Made by a program: the position numbers and the translations under genes. A stretch of DNA of 64,000 nt, from NCBI GenBank assembly GCA_052327205.1, contig CM126234.1, positions 29,698,001 to 29,762,000 on the forward strand, in the 5' to 3' direction. The notes below the pieces were generated by a model. It saw only the letters and a list, made by a program, of their open reading frames with translations. It did not search any database and was not told where the DNA came from. Positions 36,421-50,405 of the stretch are shown here, piece by piece. Each line of letters starts with the position of its first letter. Positions within the stretch are counted from its first letter, which is position 1. Source of the DNA: Somniosus microcephalus. Its lineage: Eukaryota.

Positions 36421-39324
36421 AACACTTCCAAACATTGCAAAATCTGAAAATTAATCCAATAGTTCTAATGGGCTGACTTCCAAAATTCTCAACATCTCAG
36501 CAGTGACCCTATATGTTTAAATGCATCAGAGTCTCTGCTCCCTGTGACATTGGGTGGGAGGGAGGGGGGTGCTATCCTTGAGGAATACTATTCAAGTCCT
36601 GAAACGTACTGTTTATTGCTTCAGTCTATTCAATCAAGGAACATACCAAGCTTCTTGACAATTTGAAAAGGCCCTGCAGAAAGCATCTATGGATTTTAGC
36701 TGGAATAGCTTTTGCTTGATGCTGGCAGCAATGGCTAAGTGAAGTCATAGTGGGAAAAGTTGTTACTTGGAAGAGGCGTTGAAAGCTTGCACAAATGGTA
36801 GTCGCCCAAAGTAGGGTCAGCATCATAGGAAATGCAAATCTTTTGCAAACTTTGTTGAAATACAGCTTGTGTCTTAACACCATACCTAGTGCAAAAAGCA
36901 ATGTATAAAACAACAGGTTACTTTCAAGGCCGTACTCACTGTGTGTGGAGGAGTGCTACCACAGACTTCGAATGGTGATCTGGGTTACAATGTATTTGGG
37001 ACCAGAATGGTGGTGGCCATGCTGCCTTTGGACTGAGCTGAGCCAGACTGAAGTATACCAACATCAGTGTTCCAAAACCTCTCTAATTGAGTGATCTGGA
37101 ACAGCTTCTAACATGTCTGAGACAAAAATGTAAACCATTGCAAAGGAACTCTGATAACGTTACAATACCATTCAAGTTAGTACCCTGAAATCCAATGACA
37201 CAATAAAGCTGCAATGCTTTTTTTTCTCCTAAGATGTGCTGCCTTGCAAACCGAACCGTGCGGCTGGCATGTAATGAAAGAAAGCAAATTATGTGGGTTA
37301 TCCCTATGTTGTCCAAAATGGACACACTTTTTTAAATAGAAAATGTATAATGGTAGTGTAGATACCGCACCCATTTTGACTTTTTGGCAATCTGCACATC
37401 TTGACTCACATTGAGCAATTCCCTCCCAACCCCTTGAAACAATAGAAACCCTCATTATACTTATTCTCTTTCTCCCCCCCCCCAAAACACACACACATCT
37501 GAGAACTTGTAATATCATAAACGACAGTAATACTGGGTAATGGTCACATTGGATATCAGCAGTTAAATGCGCAGGTACCAGATGCTATGGAATTCCTTTC
37601 TATCCTGTTATTCCAAAAAGTCATGAGAATTTGCAGTTCTAAGGGTGCATAGGAATAAATGTAAGTATTCAGTGAAGGAGGCTGTGTAACTGAAATCTGG
37701 TGTTATTTCTATTCAGTTACTCTAATATTGTGTACATTGTACTTGTAATCTAATAATGTTTCATAAAATGGTATCTGGTATTCACAGTTTGACGACACAA
37801 GATACTGGATCAGCGCATGGCGGTATCAGTATGTCCCCAGTTCTGTTATACTAACCAATCTCTCAGCCTCAGTAAGAAAATGCCAGACTTGGGACAGGAG
37901 CGGAACTTGTATGCAAGGAGGCGCATAATGTCACTGCTTGAGAGGTACGCTTTCAGAACTGAAACGTTCTTTGGGTCTTATAGATGCCTTTGGCAGTTTT
38001 GAATGTCACGTGTTCAGCTTACTGCTACTTAACATCAGTATGCTGAAAATGCTCTCTTTCCCTCCCCCAAATATATTTAGTATTACACAACCCTGTGTGA
38101 ACTTGCTGAATGAGCTTAGTTGTTTGCCTGTGAATATTCGGGAATAATATTATTAACCCTTTCCAGCCAAGAAAGCCAGGCCCAGCCTTCGAATATAAAG
38201 ACCAGCAGCTCCAAAATATTATATTTTTATGATGATGTGTTTATACTATAATGGCTGTAAGCTCTCCAGACACATTTTATGTCTTTGGCAGATGTCAGTC
38301 AACTTAGTATGGACACTAGTATACCCAAGGTGCCCTGGAACTCCACTAGGATTAGTTTCACAAGGCATTTACCAAAACACCCACAATGCAGTTTCTTAAA
38401 TATGCTTGGTGGGTTTAAGAGACATTAGACTTCTAGTGAGAAAATGGCTGTGATGCTCAATTATTAGGACCATGTGTTTGTGCTATACATAGTCTCAATA
38501 ATAGTCTTTTTCTTTCTCTTGCAGCTCTCAGTCACAGTAGTTGTAAAGCGTGAAGTTGATACAATTTTTGTACTTTTGTTTTACACCATACTAATTGTGG
38601 TATATTAATGCAAAAGGAGTTGAGGTCCATAGGGCTCGGCACTTGGGCAAAAGTGCTTTTAAGTTCCATTTTAAAAAATAATGGACTTCCATAATAGTGA
38701 TTTGCTAATCTCGAATACATATGAGTTATGACAATTAAGCCACATTTATATCCCTTTTTAGAGTTCCGTTTTTCAGTAGTTTGAGTTCATTATCCCATAA
38801 ACATTGTACAGTATTAGACATTGTTGCATTGAATTTAAATTCTTTGAAATGGTTAGTAGATTAATAGATGCTGCAGATGACGAATAGTCTGGATATTAGA
38901 GGCCATAAAATTACTGATCTGCACTTTCATGCCTTTATTTTGTGGGCTGGAAAGGTTTAATGATGCAGTATATATGGTAATTTATTATATATACTGATTG
39001 CTACGGTATTTGTTACCGTCAGTGCTTTTCTTTGCGATTACGTCAATGTTCTTTCTCAAGGTTAATCTTTCCACTGATAGAAAGACCTTCAGGATTGCAG
39101 ATACTTAGTTTAAATCAACAGAGATTCCTCCAGTATGTAGGGGAACCTACATTGAGATCACAGGCCCCTACATTGAAAATTGGCCACATCTTAAAAAACA
39201 TAAAAGATACCTTTTTTAATTTGTTAATACCTGCCATCTATTAAATCCTACATTGATACCTAACCCCCTCCATTTACTGTTTAATTGTGCGCCTTTTAAA
39301 AGTAGAAATTTCTGAAAGCCTATT

Positions 39325-39390
39325 GGTGAGTGTATTTAACAATAAAGTAATTTTTCACTTATTAAGTGCATTGTCTTTTTATTCTTGCAC
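39325..39390 (+). terminator. Distal polyadenylation site of copy B
   Basis: TGAGTGTATTTAACAATAAAG (AATAAA 39341-39346) matches TGAGTGTATAACAATAAAG in copy A; T-rich downstream. Confidence 0.75.
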
Positions 39391-40092
39391 AATGTGCACA
39401 GATCAGAGCAGGGTAGAATTGGTGTTCAGCTCACCCAGAGCTACTCATGTGCAGAATTGGCAGGAACCTGAGTGCAGATCTGCCCTTTTGGCTGAGAAAT
39501 GCCTAGGGACATTTTCAGGTAGGGGAAGACAAGAAATTTCACTGAAATTAATTTGTTTCACATGTCTGATTCGAAAGGAGACGCTACATAAACTACCTGT
39601 CCTACGTAATCAAGAGATCAACAGGTGATTCTGAGAGTCACTTTTACTTGAAGATTCTTGTATGATTTAAATATATTTGAGACTAGTCAAATATTCAGGA
39701 TGTTGGGTGTGTTTGAAAATATTGCCTTGATTGACATGTCTTACATGTGACTTTTTGTACTCATCAAGGTGGGAGATGTTAGGATTAAAGATTGAAACAA
39801 TCCCATTCTAGGCACCCAGTGTCTCAAAATCAAGCAAGCCCCTTGTCAGGTACAGCTACAGAGTAAAGCTTTTTCTACTCGAGGTTTTCAAACTTTTCAA
39901 TGTAGCAAAGTGTTGCAAATATTGACATACCCAAGGACCACCGGCCCCAAACCTAGCATCCAAAAGAGTGTCAGCTACCCAAAGGAAATGGTTATCATTG
40001 TAGCAAATGCACTTATTAGTGTTCAGTGACACAAATAATGTGCTAGTAAGTCACAAATAGAGAAATCTGATGACCTTGTGGGCCCTGGTATT

Positions 40093-42320
40093 GGGCCAGA
40101 AATTCCAGGCCAGAAGCGTGAGTACGGTCGGGTTACTCACGCATCTGGCCGTTGGAAATGCCGGCGTTCAGCAGGAACAGCGCATGCGGGGAACGCTGGC
40201 ATTTCCAGACCCGAGGTCTATTCACAGCGCGTGCGACTGCACAGGCAGCGCTTGCGCAGTGAACTTTGTAGATTTCACTGATGGATTCAGTGAGGGTAAG
40301 TCCCTAGAACTTACACGTGAAAAAAGCAAGTGTAAAGTTGTTCATTGGCTGGGGAAGGAGATATATTTTATGGAGGAGCTTATGAAATGCAATATTTAGG
40401 TTTGGGAAAGGGAGGGAAGTTATTTTAAGAAATTTTAAGTAAGTTTTAAACTTTAATTTTTTTTTTTTTTTAAACGGATTTTCAGAACGGTAGGTAGAAG
40501 GAGCAATTGTGGCTGTGTGAATGGAATGTGAGAATGAGTTATGTATGTATGTCCACATATATTCCTTTACGTATATGTATGTATGTTTTATATTCCTTTA
40601 CTAATGTGTATGAATGTATGTTTTTAATTATGATTTTCCAATAAGTTACTTTCTCTGAAAGTCATAATTAAATAATACATTCATACACATAAGTAAAGGA
40701 ATATATACATAACACGCAAAGGAATATATACAGACATACATACTTTCAGAAGCTCCACGATAATAAATATCTTCCTCTGGAGCAACTGTACCCATGCTTT
40801 TTGCATGTGTAACTTGTAATGACTTGACCTCACTGAAAGCATTAATGAAAGCGGCGAATTATACTGCGCACGCAGAGGACAGGAAATGCCGGTTTTCCCC
40901 ACATGCACTGTGCATGCTGAAAACCGGCATTTCATCCAGCCAGATGCGTAAGTACCCCGACTGTACTCGCGCATTTGGAAGGGAATTACTGGGCCAACAT
41001 TTTACATGTCAATAAAATGAAAAATTTAACAATTGCACGACTTGCCCCCTCGCATCTGCGACTGAGGGTCCAAGGAGGTGCATTGCGCAAGAGGTCATCA
41101 TCGTACGTATCCTCACACTGTTCCCTTTGGGGAACTGTATGAAGTGGTGGAAGGATTTATGGCCGTGATTAACGCTCATTCCGTGACCGTAACCATCTTT
41201 GAACCAGCCATTAGGGTGGTTAGTCCTATGGCGGGAGGGTTTTACGGGCTCCCACAACCCATCTGAGGGGGGGGGGGGCCACCAACACCCACGGACGCAA
41301 GTATCCCGCTGGATGTCCACCCAGAATTTAAAGTTGGAACTCCGACTCCACTTGCCGGGACTGTCTGGAGTGGGGTTCAAAACCCTACTCCTTCTGGCCC
41401 AGCGGCGGGGATGCTTACTGCTACGCAAAAGGCCCACTCCGCACAAAAGGTGACACCCATACGTTTCCTGCGCCTTTTCCCTCCCCGTGACTGGAGCCCT
41501 ATGCTGCCATTTCACGTTGCTAATCGGATTGGGCCTTTGTCATAGCGGTAGGATCCCCGCCGCTGGGCCAGATCAGGGTAGGGTTTCGAACCCCGCTCCA
41601 GACAGTCCCGGCAAGTGGAGTCGGAGCTCCGGCTCTAAATTCTGGGTTGACATCCAGTGGGATATTTGCGTCCGTGGGTGTGGGTGGCCCCCCCTCCTTG
41701 TATAGCTTGTGGGAGCCCGTAAAACCCTCCCGCCATAGGACTAACCGCCCTAATGCCTGGTTCAAAGATGGTTACGGTCACGGAATGAGCGTTAATCATG
41801 GCCATAAATCCTTCCACCACTTCATACAGTTCCCCAAAGGGAACAGTGTGAAGACACGTATGACGACGACATTGCTAAATAAATAAATGGAATTTAAAAA
41901 ATTCTTTTAGGGCTTTTAAAAGTCTTTAAATTGCTTTAATTCTGTTTAAAACTACTTCAGATTACTCAAAATAATGTAAACATTTTAAAAAGTTTATGAA
42001 AGTTACCAAAATCTTCAGAAAACTTCCAAAAACCTATTTAAACTGCTGCTTTGCATGTAAAAATGGTTAGCAGCTTGACAGAAACATTGGGGGCGTGTCC
42101 AGTGAAACTGAGACCTCAAGGGGCGTGTCTCACTTGCACTGCACGCTCCTGACTTCGCGCTGGCTGCACTCCTGGGCGGCGTGACGTCATACGCTGCCCG
42201 GGATTCTTCTTCTGGAAACACCAATTCCAGGCGTCCCTGGAGCTGATCGGCAGTAGCGCGGGGTAAGTGTAAATACGGGGCTTGCACACGCTGCAAGCCC
42301 CGTTCTGGAATTTCTGGGCC
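40093..42320. mobile_element. Composite non-autonomous TIR element (possibly PIF/Harbinger group) with foldback structure
   Basis: ATT|GGGCCAGAAATTCCAG ... CTGGAATTTCTGGGCC|ATT: TIRs match at 15/16 with a 3-bp ATT duplication. An internal third end lies at 40995, whose ~250 bp arm is the inverted homolog of 40093-40390. No transposase. Confidence 0.75.
41094..41870. repeat. Long near-perfect inverted repeat (arms 41094-41441 and 41525-41870, 83-nt spacer)
   Basis: Direct reverse-complement comparison of the arms; 41113-41207 pairs with only one G-T opposition. Confidence 0.95.
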
Positions 42321-42379
42321 ATTACCTTGCAGGCCTCTCAGATAGAGGCTGATCAGAGGTTGGGGCTAATGAGTATCCA

Positions 42380-42580
42380 TTTCTCACGCCCAGCCAGCCT
42401 TTGCATCTCACTGAGTAAGATTGCCATTTAATACTAAACTAGAGGCGGCTTGTGCTGTAGATCCACACCAATTATAATCTGAGCTGAGACGGGCCAAAGT
42501 TACTTCACGTAGAACCCTCGAGAGAAAAGACTTTCATTCCATCAACCTGAACTGGATTTAAAACTGGTTCCTGATCCCAG
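42380..42580 (-). repeat. LF-SINE-like fragment
   Basis: CTGAGAC...TTCACGTAG...GACTTTC...ACCTGAACTGGATTTAAA resembles the reverse complement of the LF-SINE 5' region as I recall it. Confidence 0.45.
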
Positions 42581-45500
42581 TCCTGCCAAGATCAGAAGCT
42601 CCTCACCTGGGGAATCAGGGGTGAGAACCTGCCTCTGAAGACTCCATAGTATAACATGATAGTGTAATTGAGAGATTTAAGGAAACTTTATTTTTCTCTG
42701 CCAATTTTCTTCTCTTGCTTCCTGAAGCATTGACTCCTTGTTCGGGTGCAGTTCCAGATGCACCAGGTGCCCTCCGATACTTTACAAGGTGTCCATTATT
42801 CATGTGTGAGCCTAGACAGTGAGTGTTAGGCAGGGTATTTAACCGTGGGGAGTATCACAGCCAGACCCAATCAAATCAACTTTTATTGTCATTGTTAGTG
42901 CACAAGTGCAGTACAACGAAATGTAGGCTTGCGGCTCCCGAGAGTGTACATTTAGATTAAGACATTTAAACATTCAACATACATTTGGCTTGTAATACAT
43001 TAACATAACCATATCCTACCTGCACCCAACGTCCACGTATGCACATTTCAACCAGTTATCTCTGGATAGTGAACAGCAGCCCTAGCTGGCATTCCCCTCC
43101 TCAACAAAGACATGCAGAGGCCAACTGCAACCCCCAAACCACTCCGCAGACTGGGATCAGCTCACGCAACAAAGGGCAGGGAACAAACCTGAGAAATGTT
43201 TTCTCCCAACAAAAACACAATCTGCCTCAGTGCTGCCTGATGGTCCCGTGCTTAGGGGTGGTTTCAGATCTCAGTAACTCCCTAATATTTTGAGATATTT
43301 TACTCCCAATTAAATTTTTAAATCAAAATAGCTGAGTCAGACCATGGTTGCTATTTTGTTTTGTAAATATGTAACGAATCAAATTCCTCATTCTGTTTTG
43401 GTAGTGATTTCTTGCTTGACACTGTCAAATCTATATAAAAATTCTGCATCTCACGGAAAGTCTGACGTGTCTAAGATTCCAAAGCGTGGCTCAAATTTCA
43501 CATTCACTAAAAAGCAGCAGTCATAAACACATGAATACTGACAAACAAATACATCGAACTTCACTGTCTCCAAAAAAATTCCCATTTTGAAAAAAGGGAA
43601 CCAAGCACATCCCACAAAAAATGAGAAACTCAATGGATGTTATGAGAGTTTTCCCATTTCTTCTCTTAATTCTCGCCCCAACACACACACGTGCCATTTT
43701 AGAGACTTCTGGCATGGAAACATTGATTCCTCAACTTGCGCCATCTCCTCCTGTGCACTACTATCCTATTTTTCAGAAGCCTCGTTGGCTTTACCCCTGT
43801 CACACGCCTTTCCTCTTTTACCAATCTCTGCCTTTGTTTTGCTTCGCAGAACTCCCATTGTTTTCTTAGGCCTCCATTTGCGATATTTTTGGGGCCTCGC
43901 GTGTTTATCTTTGTGTGTCATGCATATGTGCAATTTTGCCAGGCCAGGAGGCTTTTGCATCCCAGTGGCAGATCTGGTAATGTGCTTTTGAGGTGGAGGA
44001 GACAAGAAGATAATCAGGTCACACAGCAAATAAAACAGAAGCAGCAGGACTGAAGAGGAAAAAAAAGAGCAAAAAGGTAGAGAAGAAAAAGTGAGTAGAC
44101 GTGAGAATTCAGAGAGCCAAATTGAAGATTTAAAAAGGAGAAAAACGTAGCGACAGCAGGAAAAGAAAATCGAGGAACACTGAGCTAAAAAACAGCAAAG
44201 TAAGAAACACTAGGATTAAGGAAGGAAGAGTGGGAAGCAGTAGTAGACTGGCATGTCAAAAATAAGGCTGAACTTATACTGTCACTTGATAATGCATTGA
44301 TTTTGGGTACACAATGACGTGAAAAGTGCCAGTATAACTCAAAGTCAGGTCCTGAACTCTAGGATGGAAATAGGAATTGTCTGAATTTTATATGATTTTA
44401 GATAAGGTAAATGGGATTTTAAAATCGCATTAGCCAGCTGTGGTTCTGGGGTGACTGAAACATCCTTTTATTCTGTGGCCAGTACACGTGGATAGCTGCA
44501 TGCAATCGGCCTTCTTCAACTTAGTTAATGCAAATATATTTTTTCTGCTTGTTTCATATCTATATCTGGCTGGCAAAACACAGTCCATTATTTATGGTGG
44601 GATCTTTCATGGTCTACATTTGTGAATTCATCTCCGTACTAGCTGTCAAATAATGTAATTTCCTCTGTTATTGAGTGTTAAAACCTGGTCTAGCTGGGAG
44701 AGTGAAGACCATCGAGAGGAAATACAATTCCAAGCTGTTAACTTGTTAATAATGTATTTTTAAGTCTGCTTGAATCTTCTTTGTTGAAGCCAATCTTCAG
44801 AGCAACTGCTTCTACATCAACGGAAAAGACCTTATAATTCAGGAACTTTCTTGTGGTCTTCTCTTCAGTCTTCTATTTGCCACATCTCTCTATATGAAGG
44901 GGGTAATAAAGGCTCAAAGAATAATCCTACGTATTTACTGCCAATGGCTGTGTTTCTAAGGACTTTCTGAGAGGAGCTGTAAGAATAATGGACGCTGTCT
45001 TTTCAAGGAGTCAACCCCCCTCCCCATTTGGCTGTGGTGTAAGTTTGATTATTGTGCTGTATTGTATCTTGCCAATCTTTTTGCTTCTGTATTACTTTGT
45101 CTTGAAATAAATCTGGACAAATTGTTTTTGCTCATATGCAGTGGTCTGGTATTGTTCTACGTTCTGACGTCACCAGGGAATGTGGTAGCTAACTCGTGTA
45201 TTCTCCAGTAAATGATTTACTATGATCAGGGTTAATAGTTAGACCTGGGCTATGCTAATTCGCACAAGGCAGAGCATAAAGATACAGGACTGGATTCACA
45301 AGAGACTTGGTTCGCTTATGGAGATTGTAGTCCAGCCATAAAGACAAGAAAAGGTGTTGGGATAAAAATACAACCTGTAGCAACCACCTCCAGGGGCCAT
45401 CTTAAACTGCCTGGGCTTGGCAACAGATGGAGTATAAATCCGGCCCATGATTGTGTCTATTAAACATCCATCAATTTTTTTTTCTTTGAACATGTTAGTT

Positions 45501-47532
45501 TTGTTTTTACTCATTGGTTGTCTTGGAGTGGGAACAAGAAGTCTCGGAGCAGGGCTGCGGTAAAAATAAGAAACCGCGCTGCAGATTCCAAACTGCCCAT
45601 TAGCATCTCCACCAGATATCTCCCAATATTTTTTTTAAAAATCTGGGTGAGATGAATTAAAACTTAACTTCCTTACCCTGCTACTAGCTTGTCATCATAG
45701 ACATGTAAGATTTCACAAGAATGAAAAAGCTACAGATCCCCTAATCTGGTGTTCCTTTTACGGATACAGATATATTTTTCTATGCACACAGATTAACTGT
45801 TTAATTGATTTTGTTTTTTAATTACCATACTAAAGTTTTTCCCCCTTTAGCTACTCCCAGGCCACCGTGCATACTATCCCTGACCACACAGGCACGCCTG
45901 TGATCAGCTTCCAGTCCTCTGCTATTGCATTTCTGTAACTGAAAGTGGGAGAGTCATTGGAGTTGAGTTGCATTGTTTTTTTTTAAATGTCTTCTCCTGG
46001 GAAAGCCTCAGTTGAGATCAAGAGTCGCAGATTAACTAAAACTGGAACTTGTGATCTTTGTTACCATTCATGAAATCATGTCCCTGTTTACACTGTCACT
46101 TATTTTGAGGGTTGAATACATTTCCCTTTCAGTTAACAAAAAATGCTGTGGGAAAATTAAACTACATAATCACCAGACAGGATTGTGTTGAAACAGGATC
46201 TCTCCATAATATCAGTGCAGTCCCAGGATGAGCAATCTTTCATCTTCAAGTGTGGTGTAACTAAAGCAGGAATGTGCCAAGTTTTTTTTATTACCTTTTG
46301 TGAGCTACATCTGGATACCATTGAGCCTCGGGGCTCTGTATAAAGTTTAAACTCATGTTTGCATTAATTTGCAGATGTATCATGTTGCTGATACTAACAG
46401 ATTTTGGTGTTCTGATTTAGGATTTATCCACCATTGAGGTAACAGCGCTGAAAACGGCACTTTCTAAATCTCCAGGTATCCAAAATTCAAGCAGGACAAA
46501 CCCAACAAGTAAGAAATATTAGCGCAAATAGAGCTGAATTTTGAGGTCGGACTACCGGGGCTCGGTAGTTGCAATTGACCCACTTGCCATAATTTGTACA
46601 TCTCAACATTAAGAGCTGCTATGATGTTTCTGTTCCAAAAGCAAAAAAATCGGCTGGATTTTTATGAACTTACATGATTCGGTAAGGACAAAAGTCTTTG
46701 TGTCATGTACTGAAAGTAACCAATTATCTCAATTTAAATTATATATAGGCGTCTTCTACCCTCCGCCCCCCCCCCCCCCCTTCCTTTTTAGGTTCCCAGG
46801 CCAAGATGACGGGCAGGCACTGGTCCCTGGCCTCTGCTAATGTTAATAAGCGGCTACTAGGAAGTGCGCCAAAACAGGAGGATTCGCTTAATTTGTTTTC
46901 TTTCTCTCTTCCCACCACCCCTCCCCCTGCCCAGCTTCAGTTCAGTGCCTCGCCCCATGAACCCAACTGAGATTGTGGGCATTCTTCACATTGTTCTAAT
47001 TATATTTGCTAATGTGCTTTGCTCTAATTATATTTTATAATGATGCTTTAAGTGATTTCAGCTGTGGAAAAGGTTGCTTATGTTTCAACATTTGTCATAC
47101 AAATACATTGGACGGTATGTGACCTATCAAGCCCTCCAGTAATGCTGTTCCATAACAAGCCACTGGGGGGAGCAGGTTAACTATTGCTCCAAATTTTCCT
47201 TCCCTTTTCAGGGCAAAAGGCTTGCCTGCTCAGGTAGCCTGACTGCGATCAACAACTTAACTGTAGAAAATTGAACTGTGGACCCTACCCCTCTTTTTAT
47301 ATAGAGTGGCAGCACAGCACTATGCAGTACCATCTCATTTCTGTATATTTTTAATATTCTGAAAAGATTTTGTATTTATACTTTTAAGGACGTGCAACAC
47401 CACTCGAGATATGAATATTTTATTTCTCCAAGGTGCCAATGCTGCAGCTATTTACAGATGAAGGTATGAACTGGATAAAGGACTTCCAAGTGGTGGATTA
47501 CTGAGCATACCTTTTCAGGTTAAAGCATTATG

Positions 47533-47892
47533 GGTCAGCTTGGATCAGCTGGTAGCACTTTAGCCTGAGTCAGAAGGTTGGCGGTTTGAGCCCAACTCCA
47601 GTGCAGTACAGAGGGGGTGCTGCATTGTTGGGGGTGCTGTCCTTTTGATGAGTGGATATTGAAGATCCCATGGCACTATTTGAAGAAGAGTAGGGAGATG
47701 GCCAGGCCAACGTTCCTCTCTCCGCCAACACCACCAAAAAAAAAAATCAACTGGTCATTCATCTCATTGCTGTTTATGTAATCTTGCTGTGTGCAAAATG
47801 GCTGCTGCATTTGCCTACATAATAACAATCACTGCTGTTCAGAGTAATTCATCGTATGAGGCGTTGGCGCTATATAAAATGCAACTCTTTAT
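47533..47892 (+). mobile_element. SacSINE1-like SINE, internally deleted
   Basis: tRNA-like head, GATCCCATGGCACTATTTGAAGAAGAG core, and tail. Confidence 0.85.
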
Positions 47893-50405
47893 TTCAGCTG
47901 ATACACTGAGGTTTAAAAATCACCTCATTACATAGAATATTACATAGAACGTTCAGCACAGAAACATTGCTGAGATCTCCAGTATATTATCTAATAATAC
48001 TATATAACATTAATATATATTAAACCATTATGAAACTGTTACTCTGTGCTGTCTTGTCTTTTTCCTCCCCATATTCTCCATATTATCTTTAATTTATATA
48101 TTGTCTTTCTATTTTATCATTTAGTTTTGTATAAACTGCAATAAAACAGAATATAGATATAAGAAAGAATTGTCTAGTTTTATCTAGTAAATGTACCTGT
48201 TTTCCTGTGGCTCTGTGACTTGTCTATTTTGGAGCAGGCACCACACTGTTTAAAATCCATCCTAAGGCTGATTTTTTTAGCAGAGTGGGAGACAGATCGT
48301 TGGAGTCTGATCTGACCGGGTCTGAGTGAAGGATCAAAATTTTGATGTTTTTCAGCTGACTGCTTACGCCAATAATTGCAAAGCTCCCAGCAAGATAATT
48401 ATTAGCAGCCAAGGTAAGAGCATGCGCAGAAAGAAAATATTTGATCATTGGAATTCTGAGGGTTAAGCACAAAAACTGAAACTCTCATACCTTATTTATA
48501 GTCACAAATGGAAGACAAATTGCCAGAAAAGGGGATTAAGTGGCTCCTGTTTGCAGCTGTCTAGCAAATTTAGTGCATTCATTGGCGGCATTGAATTTAA
48601 ATAAATAGAACATGGCATGTTGCAAGCTGTTCTGCATAGATCCTTTCACCAAACTAATAGCGATGAGGAAGCTCTGAATCTTTAAGAGCTGCTGGAAGGC
48701 ATTACCTGGAGCAAGTATGAGAACATGCACTCATATCCAAGGCTCAGTGCCTACCATGATTGGGTTGTAGAGAGACAGGTGGCTGCTGCTGACGCTCTGC
48801 AGCCCCAACTGGTGGAACCACCATTTAATGGGACATGATGTGTGCTCATGCTATGGTCCGGAGAATTGTGGGAATGCACTAATACAACTTGTACTGAATT
48901 ATGCTGCTCACCACATTGCTTGTGAGGAGTTACTGGTACTTGCTATCTGCCTTGTGAAGGCTTATCAGTTGCTTATTGCCCAACCAGTGACTTCTATTTG
49001 GGGAGGGAGGGAGGGAGGAAGGTAAGCAGGGTCTCCTTGTGGACTGAGTTGGCTCCAAGATAACATGCCTGATGATGGAAGATTGGAACCAAGTCAGTCA
49101 TCTGGTGGATACCTTTGCCAGGCTGGCCCACAGTGCTCCAGGGCACTAATGGTGATTGACCAGCCAGTCTGGCTCATTAATGGGACCTGTAGGGGTTGGC
49201 CTCTCATTCGGGTCTGGGATGCTTCCCATCCAGCTCCTACAAGTAAATGGCTTAATGGGTAGGGTGGTCCCTGCTGGTAAGGCAATGGAAAGCTTACTAG
49301 TGTTCTGTTCTAGTAAACTGTGCAGTTTTAGCTGGTTAAAATCCAACTGCCTTGCATGCACTAAGGGTTGCTAAGCATTGGCTCTTGCCAACCTGTGCCT
49401 AAGCTCTTTGGATGTAGGTAAGTGGGATGTATCCTCGGATTTTACAGAAAAGCAAATTAGAGAGGCGTGTTCGATTACCTGCATGAAGACAAAAAGTGAT
49501 TGTAACAATTATCATTTGATAACTTACTATTTTAGAATTAATTGAATAACTACTTTTAGAACTGAGGGATCATTCTCCACAATATCTCATCAGTGATGGT
49601 AAGACCCAGAACATTATTTGACGTCCAAAAAAGTGTTTAACCCTTGCAAGGCTCAGGAGTTACGGGATTTTTACATATACATGAAAACGCATGGACAACT
49701 TGCTCTCTTTGGTGTTTTTCTAATTAATAATTTATGTCCCAGATAAGTGATTGAGTTTGTTTTCCCAGTGGAACTGCTTTTTAACCGCCTGTATGCACTT
49801 GCTTGGTTTGTCAGCTCATAAAGCCTGCCCAATATAAGCTCGCCTCATCTGTTTTGCTCGTATTGTTCTGTTCTCTGTCTTTGGTTTTCTGCGTTCTCTT
49901 TTCAGCCCTCTATTTGATTATCCACCTCATTCTGCTCTTTCCTATCAACTTAAAGTATACTCTTTCCTTGCTACGCTACCATTTATCTGCTTCTTGCCAC
50001 TTTCTTGTACATATGCCTCTGTGTATGAATCTTATTTTTCTTTTCCAGGGCCTTGACTCCTGCTGGGATACAACTCCATGGCCACCACCGGCTCTCCAGT
50101 ATCTTGCCCAAATGAGAATTGTCCATGTATGAGACGGTGAGTATTGGCAGGCTGTTTGAACTTGGGATAGCACAGCACAAACCGATCCTGTCCTAACCCA
50201 ATATTCACCGCAAGCACATACCTGCAGGGTTATGGATATCGATAAGAAGCCAGAACCCTGACTCTTATCTCACCCCTCCTTAATGCATATTGTGTAAGTT
50301 GGCTGTTGTGTTTGCCTATATAACAGTGACTGCACTTCAAAAGTGATCCATTGGTTGTAAAGGTCTTTGGGAGGTCCTGAGGACGTGATAATAAGGTGCT
50401 ATATA

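Noticed and set aside
29240-40251. Other GCAGCGC occurrences (29240, 40245)
   Set aside because: A few hits are expected by chance in 64 kb, and they are not conserved between the paralogs.
41009-41886. ORFs in the long palindrome (e.g. PFGELYEVVEGFMAVINAHSV)
   Set aside because: No recognisable domain, and differences between the arms are mostly amino-acid changing in both frames checked.
43985-44230. Lys/Arg-rich purine tract as a possible RPL41 (neighbour of human ZC3H10)
   Set aside because: No MRAKWRKKRMRRLKRKRR match; low-complexity sequence only.
45851-47463. Possible micro-exons (45851-, 46421-46438, 46792-, 47433-47463) of a downstream + gene
   Set aside because: Splice-like signals exist, but I cannot join them into a recognisable ORF. 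Needs RNA-seq.
50049-50136. Apparent exon with a good acceptor, an ATG (MATTGSPVSCPNENCPCMR) and a GTGAGT donor
   Set aside because: The sequence and both splice-like sites are part of an antisense SINE copy (homologous to 42700-42870 and 3570-3690).
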